DNA of 64,000 nt from Phycisphaerales bacterium. GTDB lineage: Bacteria; Planctomycetota; Phycisphaerae; WQYP01. Shown piece by piece: positions 26,956 through 36,531 of this stretch. The stretch spans positions 2,753-66,752 of the forward strand of contig DAHXLH010000154.1 of NCBI GenBank assembly GCA_027366115.1, given 5' to 3'. Made by a program: the position numbers and the translations under genes. The notes beneath the pieces are model-generated. The model saw nothing but the letters and a program-made list of their open reading frames with translations, was not told where the DNA came from and made no database searches. Each line of letters opens with the position of its first letter. Positions within the stretch are counted from its first letter, which is position 1.

Positions 26956-27876
26956 ATGTATACTCGCATACGCGGTTTTACACTCATTGAGCTGTTGGTG
27001 GTCATATCGATTATTGCACTTCTCATTGCGATGCTCCTGCCGGCGCTGGCGCGGGCACAGCAGCTCGCGGTAAGCCTTCAATGCCAAGCTAAGTTGCGAA
27101 GTTTAGGGCAGCTTACCGCAGTGTACGCCAACCAGTTCGAGGATATGGCCCCGCCGGGCGATCTCGATTTTACGTCAACCGGGACGGCGGACTCCCAAGC
27201 TTGGAATCCCCCGGCGGAATCGCAGGGCGGTTTTATTGGATGGAGCCAATTTTTGTTTTATATGCAGAAGGATGCACCGGTTAGCTATATCATTCCGCCC
27301 TATAAAGGAACGAATGCCCAATACTTTGGCAATATTGCGGCCGTTGACGCTGCACTGTTCCAATGCCCTGCTGCCGTGATTCACGACCAGAATTTCTGGG
27401 ACATTAACTACGGCGCAAATCCGAACCTGTTTATTGAAGGCCAAGCTCTCGCGACAACCGACGTAGGAGAAACGACCGCTCGGATGACCATTATCCACAC
27501 GCCGGGACATCTGATCGAGTTCGCGGACAACATCCAGTCCTTCTCGGACGGTGGCTCCTGGCCCACATTTCAATGGGAATGGGGGATGGAATATGGGTCC
27601 GGTGGACAGCCGGGCGGAGCGCTTTCTTGGCACGCCGGGGCGGTCTACAATAATTCGCCGGTGCTGACGGATGTGATAACTCCGGGCGATGTCTGGGACG
27701 GAAATGTCGATTATTCCGCCAGCGGTGGTACGAACTACGATTACAGTCTCCGCTATCGGCACATGATGACCTCGGCTCAGAACTCCGGTTACGCCAACGC
27801 CGTATTTGCAGACGGCCATGTTGGAATTATCAAGCAATATGGTCTCTACGTTTACAATATTGTGCCTAACAACTGA
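26956..27876 (+). CDS. DUF1559 / prepilin-type N-terminal methylation domain protein (H-X9-DG class)
   Basis: [35 protein letters not shown] and C-terminus YANAVFADGHVGII. The ORF opens at 26728, and in-frame ATGs with AAGGAG RBS occur at 26746 and 26842. 26956 gives the usual short prepilin leader. Confidence 0.8.
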   Translation: MYTRIRGFTLIELLVVISIIALLIAMLLPALARAQQLAVSLQCQAKLRSLGQLTAVYANQFEDMAPPGDLDFTSTGTADSQAWNPPAESQGGFIGWSQFLFYMQKDAPVSYIIPPYKGTNAQYFGNIAAVDAALFQCPAAVIHDQNFWDINYGANPNLFIEGQALATTDVGETTARMTIIHTPGHLIEFADNIQSFSDGGSWPTFQWEWGMEYGSGGQPGGALSWHAGAVYNNSPVLTDVITPGDVWDGNVDYSASGGTNYDYSLRYRHMMTSAQNSGYANAVFADGHVGIIKQYGLYVYNIVPNN

Positions 27877-27899
27877 TCGGGAAGGTTTATTCCATCTGG

Positions 27900-27938
27900 G
27901 GGGGCTGCGAAGCCTGATGCTTCGTGGCCCCCTTTTTT
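27900..27938 (+). terminator. Rho-independent terminator after the DUF1559 gene
   Basis: 14-bp stem gggggctgcgaagc / gcttcgtggccccc (two G-U pairs) with loop ctgat, followed by T6 (27933-27938). Confidence 0.8.
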
Positions 27939-28053
27939 GCCCGGACGTTCGCAGCGCCGATGGGTGTGGACGAAGTGTTTTCAGGCTTGGTCGAACTCGT
28001 TGGCCCGAGTAATAACTAGTATAATCTATCCGTCGCCAGGAGTTTTTGGATTT

Positions 28054-28992
28054 ATGAAGATCACACGAATTGTCATCATGGGTTTTCTTGCATTTGGGCT
28101 GGCTGCACCGGCCCACGCCGCGCCGGCGCGAAATAATTACGGCAAGCGCTTTGTCGGTACAACTTGGAGCGGGTTTAATTCGCCCTTGTTTGGCACCGTA
28201 TTCACACAAATCACCCCGGAAAACGCCGGCAAATGGGGCAGCGTGGAACCTCGCAAGGGGAAATTCTACTGGGGTGCGTTGAATGCCATGTATCGCTTCG
28301 CACGGCGCAAGCATCTGCTGGTCAAACAGCATAATATGATCTGGGGCGAACAGCAGCCGCCATGGGTCAATGTGCATAATGCGGCGGCGGCGGTGCGGGC
28401 GTGGTACGCCGCGTACGCCAAACATTACAACGGCAAATTCCAATTCATTGATGTCGTCAATGAACCTCTGCACCATCGGCCGAAGTACCAAAAAGGTCTG
28501 CCCGGCGGAAATACTAAATGGGGATGGGTGATCTGGGCGTATCAATTAGCCCGGAAAGATTTCCCTCACGCCAAGTTGCTGATTAATGATTATAATATTC
28601 TGGGCTATCCTGCCGAGACGGCCAAATATATTCGTCTGATCAAATTATTGCAGCAGCGGCATTTAATTGACGGCATCGGCTGTCAGGCCCATGGCCTGGA
28701 GCATATTAAGTCTTCCGTCATCCGTGCTGATTTGCAGAAGCTTGGATCGCTGGGGCTGGGCATCTATATCAGCGAGTATGATCTGAACTTTAAAAGCAAT
28801 CGCAAACAATTGCAGCAGATGAAAACGCAATTTCCGATATTCTGGAATGACCCCATGGTGCGTGGGGTAACCTTCTGGGATTTTAAGCAGGGGCATACTT
28901 GGCTGCCTTATACGTATTTGATCCGCAAAAATGGCACGCCCCGACCGGCCTTTGTCTGGCTGGAGAATTATCTCCGGTCCCATGGCCGCTGA
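28054..28992 (+). CDS. GH10 endo-1,4-beta-xylanase (secreted)
   Basis: Signal peptide MKITRIVIMGFLAFGLAAPAHA. Motifs TPENAGKWGSVEP, KQHNMIWGEQQPPW, DVVNEP, IDGIGCQAHG, ISEYDL. Paralog of the catalytic domain of 22275-24104. The ORF opens at 27937. Confidence 0.88.
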   Translation: MKITRIVIMGFLAFGLAAPAHAAPARNNYGKRFVGTTWSGFNSPLFGTVFTQITPENAGKWGSVEPRKGKFYWGALNAMYRFARRKHLLVKQHNMIWGEQQPPWVNVHNAAAAVRAWYAAYAKHYNGKFQFIDVVNEPLHHRPKYQKGLPGGNTKWGWVIWAYQLARKDFPHAKLLINDYNILGYPAETAKYIRLIKLLQQRHLIDGIGCQAHGLEHIKSSVIRADLQKLGSLGLGIYISEYDLNFKSNRKQLQQMKTQFPIFWNDPMVRGVTFWDFKQGHTWLPYTYLIRKNGTPRPAFVWLENYLRSHGR

Positions 28993-28994
28993 GA

Positions 28995-29036
28995 CTTGGA
29001 ATCTGGAATCTGGAATCTGTAACCTGTAACCTGTAA
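28995..29036. repeat. Heptanucleotide tandem repeat tract between GH10 and GH115
   Basis: cttggaa tctggaa tctggaa tctgtaa cctgtaa cctgtaa, then cccacag. It starts 3 nt after the GH10 stop and ends 20 nt before the GH115 TTG start. Confidence 0.85.
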
Positions 29037-29056
29037 CCCACAGTGGAGTAAATCAC

Positions 29057-31609
29057 TTGTTTAATCGACGGCGATTACTTCAAAGCACCGCAACGGCGGC
29101 GATGGCGGGTTCCCTCTTAGGACGTAAACGCCCGATCCATGCAGCGGATCGCGCCTCGGCGTGTGAGGTCATCACGCATTGGCCCGCCGGTGCCGGCGAT
29201 CTCCTGCTGGCCGGCCCGCACGGCGCGGCGACGATTCTAATAGATCAGCAAGACCATCAGGTGGTGCACATCGCCGGGCGTATGCTCGCGGATGATCTGC
29301 GGCGCGTCACGGGGCACAGGCCGGAGGTTGTCACGCGGGCGAATCGTCTGAAGACGGCGATCATCATCGGCACGTTGGGGCAAAGTTCATGGGTGGATCA
29401 GTTGGCGGCGGCTGGGAAAATTAATGTTACAGCGATAAAAGGCAAATGGGAGGCCAGTCTGTGGCAGACTGTGGAACACCCTGTTGCCGGTATTGACCGG
29501 GCGCTGGTGATTGCGGGCAGTGATCGGCGTGGAACGGCGTATGGAGTAATGGATTTATGTGAATTATCCGGTGTTTCGCCTTGGTTCTGGTGGGCGGATG
29601 TGCCGGTGAAAAAGGCGGCGGTGGCGGCGGTGACAGCCGGCGTGCGCTTTGGTGGTGAGCCGGGTGTCAAGTATCGCGGCGTTTTTATCAACGATGAAGA
29701 CTGGGGCTTCCAACCATGGGCGGCCAAAACATTTGATCCCCAATTGGGGAATGTCGGCCCCAAGACTTATGAGAAGGTCTTTGACCTGATGCTGCGGCTG
29801 AAACTGAATTACCTCTGGCCGGCCATGCATAACTGCTCCACGGCCTTTGCCGCAATCCCCGAAAATTCAGTGTTAGCCAACAACTACGCGATTGTCATGG
29901 GTTCCTCCCATGTTGAACCTATGCTGGCCAATCCAGTTTCATTTCTTAATGGGAAGGACGCCCGCAAAAATGGCCCGTGGAATTTTGTCACCAATAGCAA
30001 AAATATCCTGAAATTCTGGACCCATTCCGTAGAAACGCGCGGTAAATACGAAGCGATATGGACCGTCGGCATGCGCGGGCCGTATGACAGCCCATTGGAG
30101 GGTGTCCATACGCTGGCCCAGGAACGGTCCCTGGTGCAGAAAATTTTCGGTATTCAACGCGCGCTGCTCAAGCGCTATGTCACGCGGCGGTGGGGACCAG
30201 CGGCGCAGTGTTATGTGCCGTATAAGGAGGCGTTGCTGGTTTACAACTCCGGGTTGAAAGTGCCGGCGGATGTGACAATCGTCTGGCCGGACAATAACTT
30301 TGGATACATTCGGCAGTTCAGCAACCCAGAGCAGCGCAAGCACTCCGGCGGGGCGGGGGTTTACTACCATATTGAATATTTAGGGGGTCCGCATTCCTAT
30401 TGCTGGCTTAACACAACGCCGCCGGCGTTGATGTGGGAAGAGCTCAAGAAGGCCTGGGATAATGATTCCAAAACAATATGGGTCATTAATATCGGCGGCA
30501 TAAAACCACGGGAAATCGGTGTCGATTTCGCCGCCCGGCTGGCTTGGAATCCCAGGGCATTTGGCCCCGATGCGCAGCCGCGATTTCTCAGGGAATTTGC
30601 GGCGAAGATATGCGGCGATCAACCCGCCGCCGCGATTGCCGCGATGCTTCAGGAGTTTTACCGTCTGGGCCAGATACGCAAGCCGGAGTCCATGAATCGC
30701 GATTGGGCGGCCAAATTGCCGATGGTGGAAGTGGAAAAGCTCATGGCGGACTACCATCGCCTGTTACATGCTCAATCACAGTTATATAAACATGTTCCTG
30801 AAGACAGCCGCGATGCATTCTTTGAACTTTTTGGTTATCCCGCACAAATGCTCGCGGCCACGGGATTGATATTCCTATATGATCGTCTGGCGCATACTGA
30901 TAAAACCGCGCAGACCGAGCATGAAAAAGCGGTAGTCCATTGGCGCGCGTATATTGAGCAACAAGTGGCATGGTACAACAATAAATTAGCCAATGGAAAA
31001 TGGCGGCACTATGCCACGATGGGCGGCACCACGTGGAATCCGGCATGGGCGGCCGTGCAATGGCCCTGGCTGCACAACCAATCTGCCCGTAATCTGCCGC
31101 CGCCGGCGGCAGTTCCTCTGATGACAGTCGATGCGGATCGCTTCCAGCGACATCGGCGCACACCGACTGCCGCATGGCGCAAAGTCGTGGGTCTGGGATG
31201 GTCGAGCGGTGCAATGGCACTATGGCCCGCGACTCCGGAAAATCAATGGGATCCTGAAACCGAGCTTGCCCATGCGCCGCAAATGGAATATCACATCCAT
31301 GTACCAGCTGAATGCGCCAATGGGGAAGTAGTTCTACACGTCTTACCAACCTACGAATTGTATCCGGGCATGCAGTTGCGATTAGCTATGCGATGGGACG
31401 ATTCGCCGCCGCACGTGCGGGCCGTTCCATTTGCATCAAGCGAAACGCGGGTGGTGGGAAATGCCATCCGCAGCGCCGGTGTGCTGGAGAATCATATTCC
31501 GCTGCGCTTTGCGGTTGGGAACGTTCCCGCCGGCCGGCACGTATTGACAGTGTACGCGGTTGATCCCGGCATCGTGCTGGATCAAATTACATTGGAGATC
31601 GGCACATGA
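29057..31609 (+). CDS. GH115 xylan alpha-1,2-glucuronidase, TAT signal
   Basis: TTG start with a TGGAG RBS. Twin-arginine MFNRRRLLQSTATAAMAG. GH115 hallmarks IAGSDRRGTAYGVMDLCELSGVSPWFWWADVPV and KYRGVFINDEDWG. Confidence 0.85.
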   Translation: MFNRRRLLQSTATAAMAGSLLGRKRPIHAADRASACEVITHWPAGAGDLLLAGPHGAATILIDQQDHQVVHIAGRMLADDLRRVTGHRPEVVTRANRLKTAIIIGTLGQSSWVDQLAAAGKINVTAIKGKWEASLWQTVEHPVAGIDRALVIAGSDRRGTAYGVMDLCELSGVSPWFWWADVPVKKAAVAAVTAGVRFGGEPGVKYRGVFINDEDWGFQPWAAKTFDPQLGNVGPKTYEKVFDLMLRLKLNYLWPAMHNCSTAFAAIPENSVLANNYAIVMGSSHVEPMLANPVSFLNGKDARKNGPWNFVTNSKNILKFWTHSVETRGKYEAIWTVGMRGPYDSPLEGVHTLAQERSLVQKIFGIQRALLKRYVTRRWGPAAQCYVPYKEALLVYNSGLKVPADVTIVWPDNNFGYIRQFSNPEQRKHSGGAGVYYHIEYLGGPHSYCWLNTTPPALMWEELKKAWDNDSKTIWVINIGGIKPREIGVDFAARLAWNPRAFGPDAQPRFLREFAAKICGDQPAAAIAAMLQEFYRLGQIRKPESMNRDWAAKLPMVEVEKLMADYHRLLHAQSQLYKHVPEDSRDAFFELFGYPAQMLAATGLIFLYDRLAHTDKTAQTEHEKAVVHWRAYIEQQVAWYNNKLANGKWRHYATMGGTTWNPAWAAVQWPWLHNQSARNLPPPAAVPLMTVDADRFQRHRRTPTAAWRKVVGLGWSSGAMALWPATPENQWDPETELAHAPQMEYHIHVPAECANGEVVLHVLPTYELYPGMQLRLAMRWDDSPPHVRAVPFASSETRVVGNAIRSAGVLENHIPLRFAVGNVPAGRHVLTVYAVDPGIVLDQITLEIGT

Positions 31610-31712
31610 TAGTGAAGCTAATCGTTCGCCTCAAGTTTGATAGTCAATATGATGCCCATGCGCCAAAATTATTTAAACGCAACCTGCCACCCGCGCTCAA
31701 GCAGGAGAATCC

Positions 31713-32780
31713 ATGAAACTTGGCCTGGGGTTATATCGCCACGCCTTAACACCGGAGAACTTCCGTTTTGCCCGGCAGTGCGGCTGCACGCATATTGTCG
31801 CACATCTGGTGGATTATTTTAACGGGGGGGCGCACAGCAAAACTGATGACCAGCCCACCGGCGGCAAGCAGGGGTGGGGGTACGCCGGTGACCCAAAAAA
31901 GCTCTGGTCGCTGGAGGAACTTCAGTCGCTGGTAAAAGCGGCGGCGCAGGAGGGCTTAAAAATCGCGGCCATTGAAAACTTTGACCCGGCTCATTGGTAT
32001 GACGTGCTGCTCGATGGCCCGAAACGCTGTGAGCAGATGGAGGGTTTGAAAACCATGATCCGGCGGATGGGGCAGGCCGGAATTCCCTGCATGGGGTACA
32101 ACTTCAGCCTGGCCGGCGTAGGGGGGCGAATCAGCGGGCCATTTGCCCGTGGACATGCTATCGCGGTGGGCGTGGATGGACAGGACAATACACCGATTCC
32201 CAACGGTATGGTTTGGAACATGGTGTATGATCCGCTGGCACCGTCGGGGACCATGGCGGAAATAACCTCCGATGAACTTTGGCTGCGTGCCAAGCGCTTT
32301 CTCGATGAGTTACTACCTGTCGCGGAAGAAGCCGGTGTGCATCTTGCGGCGCATCCGGATGATCCCCCTTTTGCCACACTGCGAAAAACGCCCCGCCTGG
32401 TGTATCAGCCCACCTTGTATCAGAAATTATTGGATTTGAATTCCAGCCCCTGCAACGGCTTGGAGTTTTGCGTAGGGTCCATCGCGGAAATGACACACGG
32501 TGACGTCTATGAAGCGGTGGATCAATACAGTCGGCAGGGGAAGATATGTTATGTCCATCTGCGGAATGTGCGGGGGAAAATTCCCAGCTACCGCGAAACT
32601 TTCATCGATGAAGGCGATGTGGACATTATGCGCGTGCTGCGAATTCTAAAAGAGAATCATTTTAACGGGGTGGTAATTCCCGATCACGCGCCGCAAATGT
32701 CGTGTAGTGCGCCGTGGCACGCGGGAATGGCGTATGCCTTGGGATATATCAACGCGGCGTTGGCGGCGATACAGACGTAA
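31713..32780 (+). CDS. uxuA: Mannonate dehydratase (short UxuA type, TIM-barrel)
   Basis: MKLGLGLYRHALTPENFRFARQCGCTHIVAHL... and ...ICYVHLRNVRG...VIPDHAP, recognised as the UxuA family. The context (GH115 releases glucuronate) fits. Confidence 0.65.
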   Translation: MKLGLGLYRHALTPENFRFARQCGCTHIVAHLVDYFNGGAHSKTDDQPTGGKQGWGYAGDPKKLWSLEELQSLVKAAAQEGLKIAAIENFDPAHWYDVLLDGPKRCEQMEGLKTMIRRMGQAGIPCMGYNFSLAGVGGRISGPFARGHAIAVGVDGQDNTPIPNGMVWNMVYDPLAPSGTMAEITSDELWLRAKRFLDELLPVAEEAGVHLAAHPDDPPFATLRKTPRLVYQPTLYQKLLDLNSSPCNGLEFCVGSIAEMTHGDVYEAVDQYSRQGKICYVHLRNVRGKIPSYRETFIDEGDVDIMRVLRILKENHFNGVVIPDHAPQMSCSAPWHAGMAYALGYINAALAAIQT

Positions 32781-32831
32781 GGCGCTTTCCGACCAGAATG
32801 CCTATGAACTTTTATTATTGAGGAGTTTTTT

Positions 32832-35534
32832 ATGTCAGAAGAAATTAAACCGTTAGGCCGGAAAATCAGCCGACGGAGGTTTATTTCCACGGCGACCGCC
32901 AGCACGATGCTGGCGTCCCTGCGGCCGCGAATCGGTGGACTTGCGGAGGGTGAACCCGCTACCGCAATGCCACAACCGCCGGCCGCCACAGTGGGCATTT
33001 CGCCGCAGGCGTATGAAAGAGCCGCACGCCGTGCCGCCGCTCTCGTGGCTCGAATGACGTTGACGGAAAAAACCGGGCAATTGGGCAATACCGCGCCGGC
33101 GATTAAACGTCTGGGGTTGCCGGCATATCAATATTGGCATGAAGCGCTGCATGGTCTCCTGCGCGGGGGGCCGTGTACGAGTTTTCCGGTGCCCCTGGCC
33201 ATGGCCAATTCCTGGAATCCGGCGCTGGCCCGAAAAGTGTATACCGCGGTTTCCGATGAAGCACGGGCATACCATAATCAGCACGGCACCGCCTTGGCTT
33301 ATTATTCGCCCCAAACCCTTAACACAGCTAAAGATCCGCGCTGGGGGCGCATTGATGAAACCCTCGGGGAAGATCCGCATCTGATAGGCACGATGGTGGC
33401 CAACGTGGTGCAGGGGATGCAGGGGGATAATCCCAATTTTCTAAAAACCGTTTGCTGCGCCAAACATTTTATCTGCAATGAAACCGATGATGATCGCCAC
33501 ACTACTTCCGCCAGCGTCAATTCCCGTAGCTTCTGGGAATATTACACGCGTCCCTTCCGCAGTGCGGTGGATGCCGGCGTATTTACTGTCATGGGGTCTT
33601 ACAATGAAATTAATGGCATTCCCTGTTGCGCCGATCGCTTCTTATTGACTGACCTGCTGCGCCACCGCTGGGGCTTCCGGGGTTATGTCACCTCCGATTG
33701 CGACGCCGTGGGCGATATCTACCAGACCCATCATTACGTTCCCACCGGTGAACAGGCGGCGGCATTGGCGATGCAGGCAGGTTGTGATTTGAACTGCGGC
33801 TTTGCCTGGGGCACGTATCAGAAATTTTTACCCCGCGCTGTGGCGCTGGAATTGGTAAGCCAGGCCGATATTGACCAGGCCCTCACACGCATTCTCACCG
33901 CGCGATTCCTGTTCGGTGAATTTGATGATCCCAATGTTGTGTCATACAACACCATCGCATTCAGTGTGGTTGACAGCCCAGAGCATCGAAAACTCGCCTT
34001 AGAGGCGGGGCGCCAATCGCTGGTGCTGCTTAAAAATGACGCGAAAATGCTGCCCTTGGACAAGTTAAAAATTAAAAAAGTGGCGGTCATCGGTCCCATG
34101 GCGGATCGCTGCGCTCTGGGCGGTTACAGCGGCGGCCCGTACGTACATGTTTCACCCCTGGATGGTATTTCCGCGGCCCTGGGTTCGCCAAGAGCTCAAA
34201 ATCGCATCGACGCCATCAACTTTTCCTCCATTGACTGGAGCTATAAATTCTTCAACTGCGTGCTGCCCGACGCCACGCTGGGCCTGATGCAAAATGGTTT
34301 TTATGTGCAGTTGCCGGCGGCGGATTTCACCGGGCGCACCAGCGTTAAAGCGCGTGCAAGTTCTGCCTCCACCGGCGGCGTGGTGGAAGTCCATTTGGAC
34401 AGCCCGGCCGGCGAAGTTGCCGCCCGAATTAAAATTAAACCCACCGGTGCCTGGGATACATTCCAGGAATTTTCCGCCCCCATTAACAACGCGTCCGGCT
34501 GGCATTCCATCTACCTTGTATTTGCCGGCGACTCCGACCAGAAGGATCTCTTTCATCTTGACTATATTGAATTACTTCCACTAGACGCCCCGAAAGTCGG
34601 CAGCGCGCAGGTGGAGTTTGTACGCGGCTGCACCGTGCAGGGTCCGGCGAATAAGGAATGGTTAAAAAAAGCCGGCAAAGCGGCCAAAGAAGCGGACGTT
34701 GTATTTCTGGTTCTCGGCACGGATCAGACCATTGATCACGAGCAGTTGGACCGCCAAGATATTGTGCTTCCCGGAGCACAGCATGAGCTGGCGCAGGTGG
34801 TGCACAACGCCAACGCCAATACCGTGCTGATACTTTCCGCCAACTGCCCGGTTGCCATACCATGGGAAGATGAACATATCCCGGCAATTCTCTGCGCCTT
34901 GTGCGCTGGTCAAGCCCAGGGAACCGGCATCGCCGAAACCATTTTCGGCGATTACAACCCTGGCGGCAAGTTAGCGGAAACATGGTATCGCAGCTTGCGC
35001 CAGTTGCCCAGCTTTCATGATTACGACATTATCAATGATCGCACGTACATGTATTTCCGCGGGCGCTGTTTGTATCCGTTCGGCTTTGGTTTAAGTTACA
35101 GCACTTTTGAATTCAGCCAGATAAAAACCGATGCCATGGCCCTTTCCGCCGGTAGCGCGGTGCAGGTTTCCGCGACGCTAACCAATACCAGTGACATCCC
35201 CGGTTCAGAGGTGATGCAGTTCTACGTTACGGCTCCAAAGTCCAAAGTACGCCGCCCCATCAAGCAATTGGTCGGATTTCAGCGCGTGCATCTGGCCGCC
35301 CACGAACATCGCACGGTGACGTTCACGTTGCCGTATAACGATCAGGCCCTCTGGTTCTGGGATGAACGCAAGCGCAGATTTGCGTTGGAACCGGGCAAGC
35401 TGCAATTGTTGATAGGCAGTTCGTCAGCACATATTCACTTATCTGCGCAGGTGCAACTTGAGCCATGCACAGATGCCGCGCTCGGTGCCCCGGAATCCCT
35501 GCAAACCGTGATGGCACCGCCGAAAGTGGCGTAG
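32832..35534 (+). CDS. GH3 beta-xylosidase/beta-glucosidase with inserted CBM-like module, TAT signal
   Basis: SRRRFISTATASTMLA. GH3 blocks KHFICNE...R, GYVTSDCDAV and the C-terminal FGFGLSYSTF. The insert ends in LFHLDYIELLP. Confidence 0.85.
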   Translation: MSEEIKPLGRKISRRRFISTATASTMLASLRPRIGGLAEGEPATAMPQPPAATVGISPQAYERAARRAAALVARMTLTEKTGQLGNTAPAIKRLGLPAYQYWHEALHGLLRGGPCTSFPVPLAMANSWNPALARKVYTAVSDEARAYHNQHGTALAYYSPQTLNTAKDPRWGRIDETLGEDPHLIGTMVANVVQGMQGDNPNFLKTVCCAKHFICNETDDDRHTTSASVNSRSFWEYYTRPFRSAVDAGVFTVMGSYNEINGIPCCADRFLLTDLLRHRWGFRGYVTSDCDAVGDIYQTHHYVPTGEQAAALAMQAGCDLNCGFAWGTYQKFLPRAVALELVSQADIDQALTRILTARFLFGEFDDPNVVSYNTIAFSVVDSPEHRKLALEAGRQSLVLLKNDAKMLPLDKLKIKKVAVIGPMADRCALGGYSGGPYVHVSPLDGISAALGSPRAQNRIDAINFSSIDWSYKFFNCVLPDATLGLMQNGFYVQLPAADFTGRTSVKARASSASTGGVVEVHLDSPAGEVAARIKIKPTGAWDTFQEFSAPINNASGWHSIYLVFAGDSDQKDLFHLDYIELLPLDAPKVGSAQVEFVRGCTVQGPANKEWLKKAGKAAKEADVVFLVLGTDQTIDHEQLDRQDIVLPGAQHELAQVVHNANANTVLILSANCPVAIPWEDEHIPAILCALCAGQAQGTGIAETIFGDYNPGGKLAETWYRSLRQLPSFHDYDIINDRTYMYFRGRCLYPFGFGLSYSTFEFSQIKTDAMALSAGSAVQVSATLTNTSDIPGSEVMQFYVTAPKSKVRRPIKQLVGFQRVHLAAHEHRTVTFTLPYNDQALWFWDERKRRFALEPGKLQLLIGSSSAHIHLSAQVQLEPCTDAALGAPESLQTVMAPPKVA

Positions 35535-35789
35535 CAATCCGCAGTAGACGCGCTAATTCCCTGCTATCTATTGCCTGGAGCAACTAAAATAATGATGCAG
35601 GGGTGTATTCGAAATCTAATATGCTCATGTGGCGGTAAAAGCAAGCCAATCGACAAGAAACACACGACAAGAAAGCCCAGTTGCCATGATGATGTAATGA
35701 CATTATGGTGGGGCGCATGCCACTGTGAATTGGACGGGCCGAAAGGCCTTAGTTGGCAACATGTGTTATTTGTTTTGAGGTGCAACGTC

Positions 35790-36371
35790 ATGAATAAACA
35801 CTTGCTGCAATCGATACCTGTCCTGTTAATATTCCTGGCGTTGAGTCTTGGCGGCTGCAGTCAGAGGGCAGCCCATACGGTGTCATGGCATGGCGAACTA
35901 CACCAGTTGCTGCCTCTTTACGGTGACCGCAACTGGATTGCGATTGTGGATTCCGCCTACCCGGACCAGAGCCGTGCTGGTATGAAGACCATCGTTACCC
36001 ACCAAAGTATGTACAAAGTACTCAAGTACGTTTTGGCGGCAGTAGCTAAGGCTCCAAACATCCGGCCCGAGGCGTACACCGACCGCGAACTGCAATTTGT
36101 CACCAACTCCCAGACACCAGGTATCAGCGCGTATCGGAAACATATTGACCGCATGCTGACTGCTGCTAACATTCCCCATCATCAGCGGATCCACATCAAA
36201 AGTATTCACCTGCTCAATAAGGATGGCAAACTATACAAAGTGCTGATTTTGAAAACCAATCTTACCATGCCCTACACGTCGGTTTTTCTGCACCTCAAGT
36301 GCGGCTACTGGACCAACGCCGATGAGCAACAACTGCGAAAAGTAATGGCCCAAGCTAAGGCTGGCAACTGA
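35790..36371 (+). CDS. Lipoprotein with weak RbsD/FucU (sugar mutarotase)-like features
   Basis: Lipobox LALSLGGC. LYGDRNWIAIVDSAYP resembles GHGDxIxIxDAxFP, and LILKTNLTMPYTSVFLHLKCG resembles the RbsD/FucU C-terminal block. The ORF opens at 35571. Confidence 0.4.
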   Translation: MNKHLLQSIPVLLIFLALSLGGCSQRAAHTVSWHGELHQLLPLYGDRNWIAIVDSAYPDQSRAGMKTIVTHQSMYKVLKYVLAAVAKAPNIRPEAYTDRELQFVTNSQTPGISAYRKHIDRMLTAANIPHHQRIHIKSIHLLNKDGKLYKVLILKTNLTMPYTSVFLHLKCGYWTNADEQQLRKVMAQAKAGN

Positions 36372-36531
36372 TAAATCTATGGGCCTGTCAATCGCGTTAT
36401 CGTGACTGACACTGCATGAATTGTTTGCTTTATGGTGCGCGACTCCCCCTTGCTAAAATTGAAAATATAATACGTTTGCCTGGTACAGAGCCAGTGAGCA
36501 TTTAGAAAAGTTTTTATGATTGACTGATTTT

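Noticed and set aside
27175-28545. 456-aa ORF on the minus strand spanning two genes and a terminator
   Set aside because: It is codon-aligned antisense to both the DUF1559 gene and the GH10 gene and runs through a rho-independent terminator. This is the same artefact as above. The same reasoning applies to 56661-57527, 57869-58774, 52880-53536 and 8375-8854.
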